Source: Patescibacteria group bacterium (lineage in GTDB: Bacteria > Patescibacteriota > Microgenomatia > JAMCZE01). Taken from it: 64,000 bases of DNA. Each line of letters starts with the position of its first letter. Positions within the stretch are counted from its first letter, which is position 1. A program made the position numbers and the translations under genes. The DNA lies in contig JAMCZE010000007.1 in assembly GCA_023485845.1 (NCBI GenBank), positions 11,391 through 75,390 on the forward strand, written 5' to 3'. Under the pieces are notes generated by a model that was not told the origin of the DNA, did not search any database, and saw only the letters and a list, made by a program, of their open reading frames with translations. This document shows positions 36,480 to 45,025 of the stretch, piece by piece.

Positions 36480-36925
36480 GGTTTTTGCCGAAAAATCTTG
36501 CCCTTAATTCTTTTGACATGATAGTGGGCTTTTAGCAATTGATAGATAAACCACTCGACCAACCAACGAAAACCGGACGAAGTGGGCCTGTGCTGCCCCA
36601 AAGTTAATTGATCGTCGGACAAACTGGTTCCGCGCACACTAAAACCAGTGGCACTGGAGACAGCCGTTTGCTCGGTCACCGTTGGCTTAACGCCCATTTC
36701 TTTAGCTAATTTCTCCGGCACCGGCACTTCCCCGCTTTCCACTTTCTCCACGCCGCCTAACTGCTCGATTTCTTTTTCCAGCTCGATTTCCCGGGAATAG
36801 TTTTCCCAATACTCATCCCCCTCCGCCTTCGCCACCGCATCGGCACTAAGTGGTGCTTGTTCTTTTAACTTTGGAGCCAACGGCGTCTGGTTATTCGTCT
36901 TGTTCCCCGTCTGGTTATCTTGCAT
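36476..36925 (-). CDS. hypothetical protein with C-terminal hydrophobic helix
   Basis: 149-aa ORF translationally coupled to the ATPase gene. Confidence 0.4.
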   Translation of the reverse strand: MQDNQTGNKTNNQTPLAPKLKEQAPLSADAVAKAEGDEYWENYSREIELEKEIEQLGGVEKVESGEVPVPEKLAKEMGVKPTVTEQTAVSSATGFSVRGTSLSDDQLTLGQHRPTSSGFRWLVEWFIYQLLKAHYHVKRIKGKIFRQKP

Positions 36926-36943
36926 ATTTCCAGCATACCATTT

Positions 36944-38071
36944 TTAGACAAGTTCCACACTGTGGGCGCGACTTTCCAGAAGACCGGCGTGGGTGATTTG
37001 CAAAAACTGGGCCTTTTTCCATAACTGTCTAATATCGGCCGCCCCGCAATAGGAAAATCCGGAACGGATCCCGGCACACAGCTCATCTAAAACCGGCCCC
37101 ACCGGACCCTTGTAGCGCACCAAAGCCTCCACCCCTTCAATGTGCAATTTAAAATGCGGTTTCTGACCATTATGTTTTTTCAGCTGCCGCTCTTTTTCCA
37201 ACTTTGAAGTTGAACCATTATATTCTTTATAAACCACGCCGTCTTTTTTCACCACTGTGCCAGGAGCTTCATCGGTGCCCGCCAGTTGCGAGCCGACAAT
37301 CACGGCGCTGGCCCCCAGAGCCAGGGCCTTAACAATGTCCCCGGAACTTTTGGTTCCTCCGTCGGCAATAACAAATTTGTTTTTAAATTTCCTGGCCGCC
37401 GCCACCGCAGCCTCAATCGCCGTCACTTGGGGCACGCCGCAGCCGGTCATCACCCGCGTGACGCAAATCGTGCCCGCTCCCACCCCCACCCGCACTCCGT
37501 CGGCGCCATGGGCAAAAAGGTCCGCCGCCCCCTCCTGGGTGGCAATCACACCGGAAAGCAGCGGCAGTTTGGGAAATTTATTCTTCAGTTGGGCCGTTAT
37601 CTCCAAACAGTGAGTCATGTGCCCATGGGCCACGTCCACCGTCAACCCGTCAGCCCCGGCCGCCACGCAAAATCTTGCCCGGGTCATGACATCATCACGA
37701 AGACCCAGGGCCGCAAAGACCCGTTGGCCGGTTTTTTTAACCGCCGCTATGTTGGCCGCCTGACCTTGGGGCCCGTCAAACCGCGGCATTAAAGCCAGAC
37801 CGCCTTTTTGAGACATCACCGTAGCCATTGCCACGCCCGTGACCGTGTCCATGTTCACGGAAATAATGGGAATATCCAGAAAAAATCCGGGGGCGATTTC
37901 TGTTTTTAAATTAACATCGGCTCGGGAGACAATTTCCGACCGTTGCGGAACCAAAAGAATATCGTCAAAAGACAAACCAAACGGAATCTTCATCAGCCGG
38001 GGGCGAACTCTTCCCTTTTTAATAATATGCGATAACCAGACCGGGCTGTCAATAACCAGTTTTATTTCCAA
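36944..38071 (-). CDS. guaB: IMP dehydrogenase/GMP reductase family protein (no CBS insert)
   Basis: Catalytic loop [20 protein letters not shown] (IMPDH active-site Cys region) and a TIM-barrel phosphate-binding GGxGxxGD-like C-terminus. Confidence 0.8.
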   Translation of the reverse strand: MEIKLVIDSPVWLSHIIKKGRVRPRLMKIPFGLSFDDILLVPQRSEIVSRADVNLKTEIAPGFFLDIPIISVNMDTVTGVAMATVMSQKGGLALMPRFDGPQGQAANIAAVKKTGQRVFAALGLRDDVMTRARFCVAAGADGLTVDVAHGHMTHCLEITAQLKNKFPKLPLLSGVIATQEGAADLFAHGADGVRVGVGAGTICVTRVMTGCGVPQVTAIEAAVAAARKFKNKFVIADGGTKSSGDIVKALALGASAVIVGSQLAGTDEAPGTVVKKDGVVYKEYNGSTSKLEKERQLKKHNGQKPHFKLHIEGVEALVRYKGPVGPVLDELCAGIRSGFSYCGAADIRQLWKKAQFLQITHAGLLESRAHSVELV

Positions 38072-38580
38072 ACCGTTTCTTTGGCCCCTTTTTTAAAATT
38101 CACCCACCGGGCCAGGCAGAAAAGATAATCGGAGAGTCGATTTAAATATTTAAGAATAGGTTCTAGTGACTGGTGACTAGTGGCTAGCTGCACAACGCTG
38201 CGTTCGGCCCGCCGGGCCACAGCTCTAGCCAAGAACAGTTCGTTATTGGGCAAAATGAAATTTGCCAGTTCCGGCATCTGGCCCCACATGTCATCAATTT
38301 CTTCCTCCATTACCAGCACTTTTTCTTCCAGTTTTAGATCTTTTCCGGTATAGCCGGCAATCACACTGCCGATCGCAAACAAGTCTTTTTGAATTTCCAC
38401 CAACTTGCTTTCCTGCTTACTTGCTTTCCTGCTTTGGATAATTACTCCCAGGTGTGAATTTAATTCGTCAAGCGTGCCCACCGCTTCGATGCGCGGATCA
38501 GTTTTTGAAAGTCTCACCCCACCCAGCATCCCCGTCTCCCCGGCATCCCCTTTTCTGGTATAAATGCTTGCCTTTGTCAT
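38062..38580 (-). CDS. cob(I)yrinic acid a,c-diamide / cob(I)alamin adenosyltransferase, PduO-type
   Basis: N-terminus IYTRKGDAGETGMLGG matches the PduO/MMAB motif IYTRTGDKGETSL. Confidence 0.8.
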   Translation of the reverse strand: MTKASIYTRKGDAGETGMLGGVRLSKTDPRIEAVGTLDELNSHLGVIIQSRKASKQESKLVEIQKDLFAIGSVIAGYTGKDLKLEEKVLVMEEEIDDMWGQMPELANFILPNNELFLARAVARRAERSVVQLATSHQSLEPILKYLNRLSDYLFCLARWVNFKKGAKETVWK

Positions 38581-38966
38581 TTTTTAATCTTTTGACAATG
38601 CTTCTTAAACCATGAGGCGATTTCGGCAATTTCAGGTCTGGTTCGCTCCACGAACAACGGGAAATTGGCCGCTTCGTCATTGGTGGCAGAAAACTTATAG
38701 CCATTCAAAAATAATAATCGGTCGGCGCTAAATAGGGCTGCCCGTTTATTGCCGTCCACAAATGGATGATCAAAGATTATCCCATGAAGCAAAGCCGCCG
38801 CCTTCTCAAAAATGGTCACATAAAGGTCTTCCCCACCAAAACTCGCTTGGCAACGAAAAACAGCAGAATCTAGCAAATTATCGTCGCGAATTCCCAATGT
38901 GCCGCCGAACATCTCCACATATCGGTCATGCAATTCCACCACATCGCTCACCGAGAGGTGTTTCAT
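38577..38966 (-). CDS. doc: Doc (death-on-curing) toxin, Fic-fold
   Basis: HPFVDGNKRAALFSA Doc/Fic motif. 129 aa. Confidence 0.8.
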   Translation of the reverse strand: MKHLSVSDVVELHDRYVEMFGGTLGIRDDNLLDSAVFRCQASFGGEDLYVTIFEKAAALLHGIIFDHPFVDGNKRAALFSADRLLFLNGYKFSATNDEAANFPLFVERTRPEIAEIASWFKKHCQKIKK

Positions 38967-39202
38967 CCTGTTGCTAGCTTCTTAAGGGCCGGAGCATACT
39001 TCTTCGCTGTTTGATTTAACCAATGATCGAACTCCGAAGAGATTTCCCTCTTACTGGCTTTTGTCGGACGATAGGCAAAACTATGGTCAACCAAATATGG
39101 CTCCACCTTATCGCCCGGTCGGAGAGTGACACTCCTCGCAGCAAGCTGCGAGGCATCTGCATTGCTAAAATAGCCTGAGTTGGTCTTTTGATATTTGGAC
39201 AT
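38963..39202 (-). pseudogene. probable remnant of the Doc-partner antitoxin, N-terminally disrupted by IS200 insertion (chimeric ORF)
   Basis: The first ~27 codons (MSKYQKTNSGYFSNADASQLAARSVT) lie inside the IS copy and are identical to the start of ORF 48221-48475. Only the downstream ~52 codons are unique and directly precede doc. Confidence 0.5.
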
Positions 39203-39670
39203 AGTCTTTTGGTCTTCCTTGGTTTCTGATGTACTTTTGGATGACTGTCTCAGAATTGCTTCGTCCTACTGAATTTACGAAATACCCGTCAGTCCAAAAC
39301 TGGGCTCCCCAAAGGCTTTCCCTCAACCCGGCAACTCGTTTGAGAAGTTCCCGGGCCAGGATACTTTTGACCGTTCTGGCAATTTTGGTAGGAGAATATG
39401 TAGGCACTGACTGGATCAAAAAATGGACATGATCACCGTCGGCCCCAATCTCCACAAAATGCATCTCGTACCTTTGGGAAATTTCCTGACAGATCTGTTT
39501 TAGTTGGGCATCCACCTCTGTCGAGATCACGAGTTGCCTTCCCTTGGCCACACAAACCAGATGGTACAAAAGCACCGAGACATTGTGCGCTTTGTGTATG
39601 TAGATACTCACGCATACAATTTTACCCTCTCGCGGCAAAGCCGCGGGGAATGAACCCTAAAAGAGATTCA
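39125..39670 (-). mobile_element. IS200/IS605-family insertion sequence, copy A (~546 bp, tnpA only); ends +/-2 bp
   Basis: Identical to 48398-48943. Subterminal hairpins cctcgcagc-aa-gctgcgagg and ctcgcggc-aaa-gccgcgggg. Encodes a Y1/HUH transposase. Confidence 0.85.
39165..39638 (-). CDS. tnpA: IS200/IS605 family transposase TnpA (HUH Y1)
   Basis: DGDHVHFLI (HuH motif) and the catalytic Tyr region WTDGYFVNSVG. 157 aa. TTG start. Confidence 0.85.
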   Translation of the reverse strand: MPREGKIVCVSIYIHKAHNVSVLLYHLVCVAKGRQLVISTEVDAQLKQICQEISQRYEMHFVEIGADGDHVHFLIQSVPTYSPTKIARTVKSILARELLKRVAGLRESLWGAQFWTDGYFVNSVGRSNSETVIQKYIRNQGRPKDYVQISKDQLRLF

Positions 39671-39795
39671 GTTTTGTTGCCACCTCTCGGGGCACCGAAA
39701 CGGCCCAAGTGTTCCCTGCCTTGAAAATTGTTAAAGTCATGTTAGAACAGATGTTATAACATCCATTATTTTCTGTCAAGTGCTAAAATATATTC

Positions 39796-40188
39796 ATGTT
39801 CAAAGTCCCGAAGAAAACATCAGTTTGGAAAACGCCGTTTAATTCGCCGGTGGGGCACATGACCTTTGCGCCGGAATTAATTAAATTCATTAAGCAAAAA
39901 AATAAGTATCGTACTTATCGTTTCGCTGATGAAAAATATTCCGCAATTAAAGTCGGTGACATTGTGGCCATCAAACAAAATTTTATTGAGGAGCCGATCA
40001 GTCAAGCAAGAATCACCCAAGTAGCAAAAGTCAAGTTCATTGGTCTGCCGTATAAAACAGAAGGTGCCCACGAAAGCTGCGACAGCAAGGAACACCAGCG
40101 GAAAGTTTTAAGTGGCTACTATGCCTACCTTGGCCGGCCAATTCAGGACGACGACCCCTTCGTCGTCATTGATTTTGAGTTAATTTAG
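39796..40188 (+). CDS. ASCH-domain (PUA-like) protein
   Basis: 130 aa with the beta-barrel ASCH pattern ...YRFADEKYSAIKVGDIVAIK... Moderate. Confidence 0.45.
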   Translation: MFKVPKKTSVWKTPFNSPVGHMTFAPELIKFIKQKNKYRTYRFADEKYSAIKVGDIVAIKQNFIEEPISQARITQVAKVKFIGLPYKTEGAHESCDSKEHQRKVLSGYYAYLGRPIQDDDPFVVIDFELI

Positions 40189-40837
40189 CTGGTAGCTGAG
40201 TGAGATTTTCTAAAATTAGATTTGGGTCAAGCCCGGCGTGCAAAAATTCTTCCCGTGGGGTAAAGCCAGTTAAGGTGGCTACAAAGAGCAGTCCAACACT
40301 CTTAGCCGCCTCTAAATCATTTATCGCGTCACCAACATATATTGTCTCATCGCGGTTGATTCCTAGAACTGCCAGTTTCACCAAAGCCTCATCAAAAACC
40401 CGTGGGTCTGGTTTATGATAGGAACAATCTTCACCAGTTTGAAAATGAACATAACTAATTGCTGCCAGGCGGGGAAACTTTTTCATAGTTCTTTCCAGCC
40501 CTTTTTTGGCAGTAGAGCTGACCACTCCGATAACATAGTTTTTTGCTAATTGTTCCAGTGTTTGCTCAACGCCGGGAAACGGCTTGACCGCATGATCGGC
40601 CGGAACGGAAGCAATAAAACCCTGTTCCAAGAAATCAATATCTTTGTCCGGCCAAAGACCATTAAGCATGCCCCGCAACGGATGGCCCCAAAGTTTCTTA
40701 ATATCCTCATGGAGAGGAACTCTTAAGCCTGCTCTTTTTGCAAACGACTGATATATTCCAAAAATCTCTAGGTGGGTTTCAACCGCGTTATCATCCCAAT
40801 CAATAAGAATCGCCCGAGTCCTTTCTAGTAAGTTCAT
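40166..40837 (-). CDS. HAD-superfamily hydrolase, subfamily IA
   Basis: Motif I ILIDWDDNAVET (DxDxT) and motif IV VGDAINDLEAA. Confidence 0.75.
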   Translation of the reverse strand: MNLLERTRAILIDWDDNAVETHLEIFGIYQSFAKRAGLRVPLHEDIKKLWGHPLRGMLNGLWPDKDIDFLEQGFIASVPADHAVKPFPGVEQTLEQLAKNYVIGVVSSTAKKGLERTMKKFPRLAAISYVHFQTGEDCSYHKPDPRVFDEALVKLAVLGINRDETIYVGDAINDLEAAKSVGLLFVATLTGFTPREEFLHAGLDPNLILENLTQLPAKLTQNQ

Positions 40838-40973
40838 GTGACTGATTATAGCAAAATGAGGCCCTAATTATTCACAGCAGGGGTCTTTGAAACCACAGTT
40901 AGGGCAGATGGCCTCTTTTGATCCCGCCACCACCCCGATCGGCGTCCCGCACACCGGACACGGCCGGGTTGGC

Positions 40974-43427
40974 CTAGCACTTGGAGTATCCGCAGGCGAG
41001 GCATTTGGCGCAGCCTTCTTCATAAACAAACGCCGCCGCGCCGCAAGACGGACAAAGATCGCGCTTAACACTTTGGGTCAAGTATTTTGAATCATGAATT
41101 ATGGTCTGTTGGTTCTCTGCTTTATCCTCTATTCTTGATACTTGATTCAAGTTAAAATGTAGGGAAATCGCCTTGGCCACCGCGTCCGGGAGGGAGCGGA
41201 CCCGGTTTGGCCCGAAGCCCACCGCCGAGCCGCCACCAATGCCGGCAAGCTGATCGACAATTTCCCGGGCCCGTTCCCGCGCCGGCAGATGATTGCCAAA
41301 GCGCAGGGTGGTGGAAATCAATCTCCCCAAAGCTTCCGCCATAGCAGCCACTTCACTGCCCGCCTTGCCGACACTCATAAACACTTCGAATGGATTACCC
41401 TCTTCATCCTGGTTCACGGTGATAAACGCCGTTCCCAGTGGGGTTTCAATCCGATAGGTGGCCCCTTCCACTTTCACCGGCCGCGGTTTTAGCTTCATCT
41501 CGGCAACTGCCGCATGGCCGTTAGCGTGCCCGTTGACATGACCGTTGGGCTTATCATTGGTCCCCAAATTCAGAACCTGAATTTCTTTGCTGCCATCACG
41601 ATAGACAGTGATTCCCCGGCAACCGGTTTCATAAGCCATCACATAAGCATTCCTAATGTCCTCTTGGGTCGCAGAGTTGGCCATGTTAATGGTTTTGGAA
41701 ACCGCATTATCGGTGTATTTTTGAAACGCTGCTTGCATCTTCACATGCCAGGAATAGTCCAGGTCATGGGCAGTCACAAAAAGTTTCCTGATCTCCTGGG
41801 GAATTTCCTCAATGTGGGCAATTGTTCCCTGGTCGGCAATTTTATCCTTAACTCCTTGGGTGAACCAAGGCTGGTCTTTGGCAAGATCTTCGAATAATGT
41901 GTTGAAATAATAAAGCGAGCGCTCCAGGGCATTGGTTTTGACGTAATGTTTGAAAGCAATGGCAAAAATAGGCTCAATTCCCTGGGAAGTGCCGGCCAAA
42001 TGGCCGATGGTTCCCGTCGGGGCAATCGTTGTCACCGTGCAGTTTCTGATTGGCTTGTCATTTTTATAGATACTCTCCGACCATAGCGGAAAAGCCCCTC
42101 GCACTGTTGCCAGCTCTTGGGAAGCCTCGTGACCTTTATCATTAATAAATTTCATCACTTTCTGTGCCAATTGAATTGCCTCATCACTATCATAGGCAAT
42201 CCCCAGTTCCACCAACATATCCGCCCAGCCGCCCACCCCTAGCCCAATGCGCCGGATTAAAGAAACTGTCTCTTTAATCTGGGGAAGGGGGATGGGGTTT
42301 CGTTCAATCACGTCGTCGAGAAATTGGACGGACAATTTTGTCACCCGTTCCAGTTTGTCCCAATCAACGCTTTTGGCTCCGTCATCGGTCGTTTTAACAA
42401 AATATGTTAGGAAAATGCTGCCAAGGTTGCAGGCATCAAAAGGATAAAGCGGCTGCTCGCCACAAGGGTTGGTCGTCTCAATCGGACCCAAACTGGGCAC
42501 CGGATTAGCCGGACCGTCATTGATCCGGTCAATAAAGATCATTCCCGGGTCGCCGGTTTTCCAGGCCGCCTCTGTGATTTCATCCATCACCACCCGTGCA
42601 TCCAGCTGCCCGGTCACCTTTTTTGTCTTTGGATCGACCAGATCATACTTTGTTCCTTCATAATAGGCCTTCATAAAGGCATCGGTGGTGGCCAGGGAAA
42701 TGTTAAAATTGGTTATTCCCCCGCTTTCCTTACAATGGATAAACTCCTGAACATTGGGGTGATCAATGCGCAACACGCCCATATTGGCTCCCCGGCGCGA
42801 GCCGCCTTGTTTAATCTGCTCTGTAGCTGCGTCATAAACTTTCAAAAAAGACACCGGCCCGGAGGCCACCCCTTTAGTGGAACCGACCCGGGAACCGTTC
42901 CCCCGCAGCCGGCTGAAAGCAAAACCGGTTCCGCCACCGCTTTTGTGAATTATCGCTGCCCATTTAATGCCGTTGAAAATTCCTTCAATGGAATCATCCA
43001 CAGGAATAACAAAACAGCCATTATATTGCAGGCCGTTCCCCTTGCCGGCGTTCATCAGGGTTGGCGAGTTCGGAAGAAATTCATGCGAAGCCAGAATTCG
43101 ATAATAATCTTTAGCAATACTTTGAATCTCGTCATATTTTTTGCCAAAATTGGCATTAGCGCTGGCGATGTCCCAAGCCACCCGCCAGCACATTTGGTCC
43201 GGGCTTTCAATCACCTCTCCATTGTCATTTTTTAAAAGATAGCGTTCATTGAGAACTTTAAGGGCTTGCTCTGTCCAGAAACTCTTCGGCAAATCGGCGG
43301 GCATCGGGGGGACAACACTGCCGATATTATTTACCAGACTGTCATGGCCATCCTTTGGGGGTCGTCCGGCCCGGACGATTCTGGGAATGGCTTCGATAAT
43401 TCTGGTTGTCGGTTCAACTTGGGCCAT
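40974..43427 (-). CDS. nrdJ: ribonucleoside-diphosphate/triphosphate reductase, class II (adenosylcobalamin-dependent)
   Basis: Active-site TTNPCGEQPLYPFDACNLGS and a C-terminal Cys-rich zinc ribbon. 817 aa. Confidence 0.85.
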   Translation of the reverse strand: MAQVEPTTRIIEAIPRIVRAGRPPKDGHDSLVNNIGSVVPPMPADLPKSFWTEQALKVLNERYLLKNDNGEVIESPDQMCWRVAWDIASANANFGKKYDEIQSIAKDYYRILASHEFLPNSPTLMNAGKGNGLQYNGCFVIPVDDSIEGIFNGIKWAAIIHKSGGGTGFAFSRLRGNGSRVGSTKGVASGPVSFLKVYDAATEQIKQGGSRRGANMGVLRIDHPNVQEFIHCKESGGITNFNISLATTDAFMKAYYEGTKYDLVDPKTKKVTGQLDARVVMDEITEAAWKTGDPGMIFIDRINDGPANPVPSLGPIETTNPCGEQPLYPFDACNLGSIFLTYFVKTTDDGAKSVDWDKLERVTKLSVQFLDDVIERNPIPLPQIKETVSLIRRIGLGVGGWADMLVELGIAYDSDEAIQLAQKVMKFINDKGHEASQELATVRGAFPLWSESIYKNDKPIRNCTVTTIAPTGTIGHLAGTSQGIEPIFAIAFKHYVKTNALERSLYYFNTLFEDLAKDQPWFTQGVKDKIADQGTIAHIEEIPQEIRKLFVTAHDLDYSWHVKMQAAFQKYTDNAVSKTINMANSATQEDIRNAYVMAYETGCRGITVYRDGSKEIQVLNLGTNDKPNGHVNGHANGHAAVAEMKLKPRPVKVEGATYRIETPLGTAFITVNQDEEGNPFEVFMSVGKAGSEVAAMAEALGRLISTTLRFGNHLPARERAREIVDQLAGIGGGSAVGFGPNRVRSLPDAVAKAISLHFNLNQVSRIEDKAENQQTIIHDSKYLTQSVKRDLCPSCGAAAFVYEEGCAKCLACGYSKC

Positions 43428-43430
43428 AGT

Positions 43431-43871
43431 TTAAGTTAATTTTTCAATAATTTTTTCAAAATCCGCCAGGTCACCAAAATCTAAATAGACACTGGCAAAG
43501 CGGATGTAGGCCACCTTATCAATTTTTTTTAGCTTTTTTAAAACCAGGTTGCCAATTGTTTTGCTGCTCACTTCCGTTGTGTCCTTGCCTCGCAGCTCCT
43601 GCTCAATTTCATCAACTATCGACTCAATCAGTTCGGTGGCCACCGGCCGTTTTTCGGTGGCCCGGACAATGCCTTTGTGCAACTTGTCCCGGTCAAACTT
43701 TTCCCGTCGCCCGTCTTTTTTAATAACAATCAATTCCACATTTTCCACCCGTTCATAGGTGGTGAACCGCTTGCCACATTTCTGGCACTGTCGGCGCCGG
43801 CGGGTGGCAGCCTCCCCGTCTCGTGTCTCGACCACTTCTGTTTCGTTTGCACCGCAGTATGGACACTTCAT
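43431..43871 (-). CDS. nrdR: transcriptional repressor NrdR
   Basis: MKCPYCGANETEVVETR...CQKCGKRFTTYE zinc ribbon plus an ATP-cone. Confidence 0.9.
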   Translation of the reverse strand: MKCPYCGANETEVVETRDGEAATRRRRQCQKCGKRFTTYERVENVELIVIKKDGRREKFDRDKLHKGIVRATEKRPVATELIESIVDEIEQELRGKDTTEVSSKTIGNLVLKKLKKIDKVAYIRFASVYLDFGDLADFEKIIEKLT

Positions 43872-43966
43872 ATAGTGACTCTGATAAATTAGAGCACTAT
43901 CGGTGGGGTGTCAATAGCAACTTCTATATCAAAGAGAGGCAAAATTTAGTTCCGTCCCTGGGGCAA

Positions 43967-44485
43967 TTATTTTGCGGGAATTGCTAAACGAAGAAAAATT
44001 TCTTTTACTCGATTACTGCTGTTTCGGTTTTCCCGATCAGCTACGGCCAAGACATCGGAGTCTTTCCCGGAAACTTTCAGGGTTAAAGCGGCAATCACTT
44101 CTGAATGTTTTGATGTCGCGATTGTCAGTTTAGACCACAAGTCTTGGGCATCTTTTGTTTGAGGTGCTGCATCCACTGCCGCAGAAAAATAATCCTGCGC
44201 CTGGACCACTGTCTGTGCTCCCAGAGTCTTTTCTCCTTTGTCAATCAGCATCTCCCCCGCCGCCAGCCTTTTGTCCGACAGCATCAATTCATAAAAAGCC
44301 TTTTCTTTGGGGTCGTGGACAAGAAACAGCGTCACCTGGTCACGAAAAACTTTGAGGAAATAAACCGGGCTGTCCGGTAACATCCCGGGATATGGCAGCG
44401 CGTAGTCCACCGCCACCGCCGGCCGGGCGGCCAACAGTCCGCCAAGATAAAGAACCAAGATTGCAACTAGAAATTTCTTAACCAC
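43967..44485 (-). CDS. secreted hypothetical protein (signal peptide; DUF5667-like N-terminal region)
   Basis: N-terminal signal sequence MVKKFLVAILVLYLGGLLAARPAVA, followed by LPYPGMLPDSPVYFLK. Confidence 0.45.
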   Translation of the reverse strand: MVKKFLVAILVLYLGGLLAARPAVAVDYALPYPGMLPDSPVYFLKVFRDQVTLFLVHDPKEKAFYELMLSDKRLAAGEMLIDKGEKTLGAQTVVQAQDYFSAAVDAAPQTKDAQDLWSKLTIATSKHSEVIAALTLKVSGKDSDVLAVADRENRNSSNRVKEIFLRLAIPAK

Positions 44486-44648
44486 TTAGTTATTATATAC
44501 CCATGATCACAATTCTTGATGCCATCCCGATCAATATCTTTATTATCGGGGTAACACTGTTGGTGGGAGTAGTCCTATTTCTTATTCTTGTTCAACTTCC
44601 TGATGAGCAGAATCGCAAGAAAGCAGGAAAGTAGGTAAGTAGGAAAGC

Positions 44649-45002
44649 TTAGGTTTTTACCTTCACAATCAAGCTTCCAAGCATTTTTAAAACTTCATTA
44701 AGGAGCGAGTTTATTCTTGAGAAATCCTCCAAATTTAAATAATTTAACTCCTTACTTAAAAGTAGTTGTGTTTCTAACTCCGCTGCTGACCCATAGGCAA
44801 CATGAAGAAACTGAAGAAATTCGGCTTTTCGTCGACGACTATAACCTTCAGCAATATTGCTTGGGATGGAAACCGCGCTGCGGCGAATCTGGGAGGTCAA
44901 ACCATACAGTTCGTCTTTCGGAAATGTGCTTGTGGCCCGATACACTTGGAGTGATAAATCAAAGCTCTTCTGCCAAACAATCAGTTCTTTATATGTGTTC
45001 AT
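44649..45002 (-). CDS. four-helix-bundle protein (23S rRNA intervening-sequence protein family; Avd-like), orphan
   Basis: LIVWQKSFDLSLQVYRATSTFPKDELYGLTSQIRRSAVSIPSNIAEGYSRRRKAEF is the canonical signature of this family. Confidence 0.8.
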   Translation of the reverse strand: MNTYKELIVWQKSFDLSLQVYRATSTFPKDELYGLTSQIRRSAVSIPSNIAEGYSRRRKAEFLQFLHVAYGSAAELETQLLLSKELNYLNLEDFSRINSLLNEVLKMLGSLIVKVKT

Positions 45003-45025
45003 CTCTCGCTTTCTTACTTACTTTC

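Noticed and set aside
39229-39615. ORFs 39229-39432 (+) and 39433-39615 (-) inside IS copy A, and their twins in copy B
   Set aside because: They overlap the tnpA gene in other frames or on the other strand. IS200-group elements encode only TnpA.
40868-41071. 67-aa minus-strand ORF overlapping the 3' end of nrdJ
   Set aside because: It is in a different frame over the conserved nrdJ zinc-ribbon C-terminus and is low-complexity, Arg/Ala-rich. It is most likely a spurious overlap ORF.
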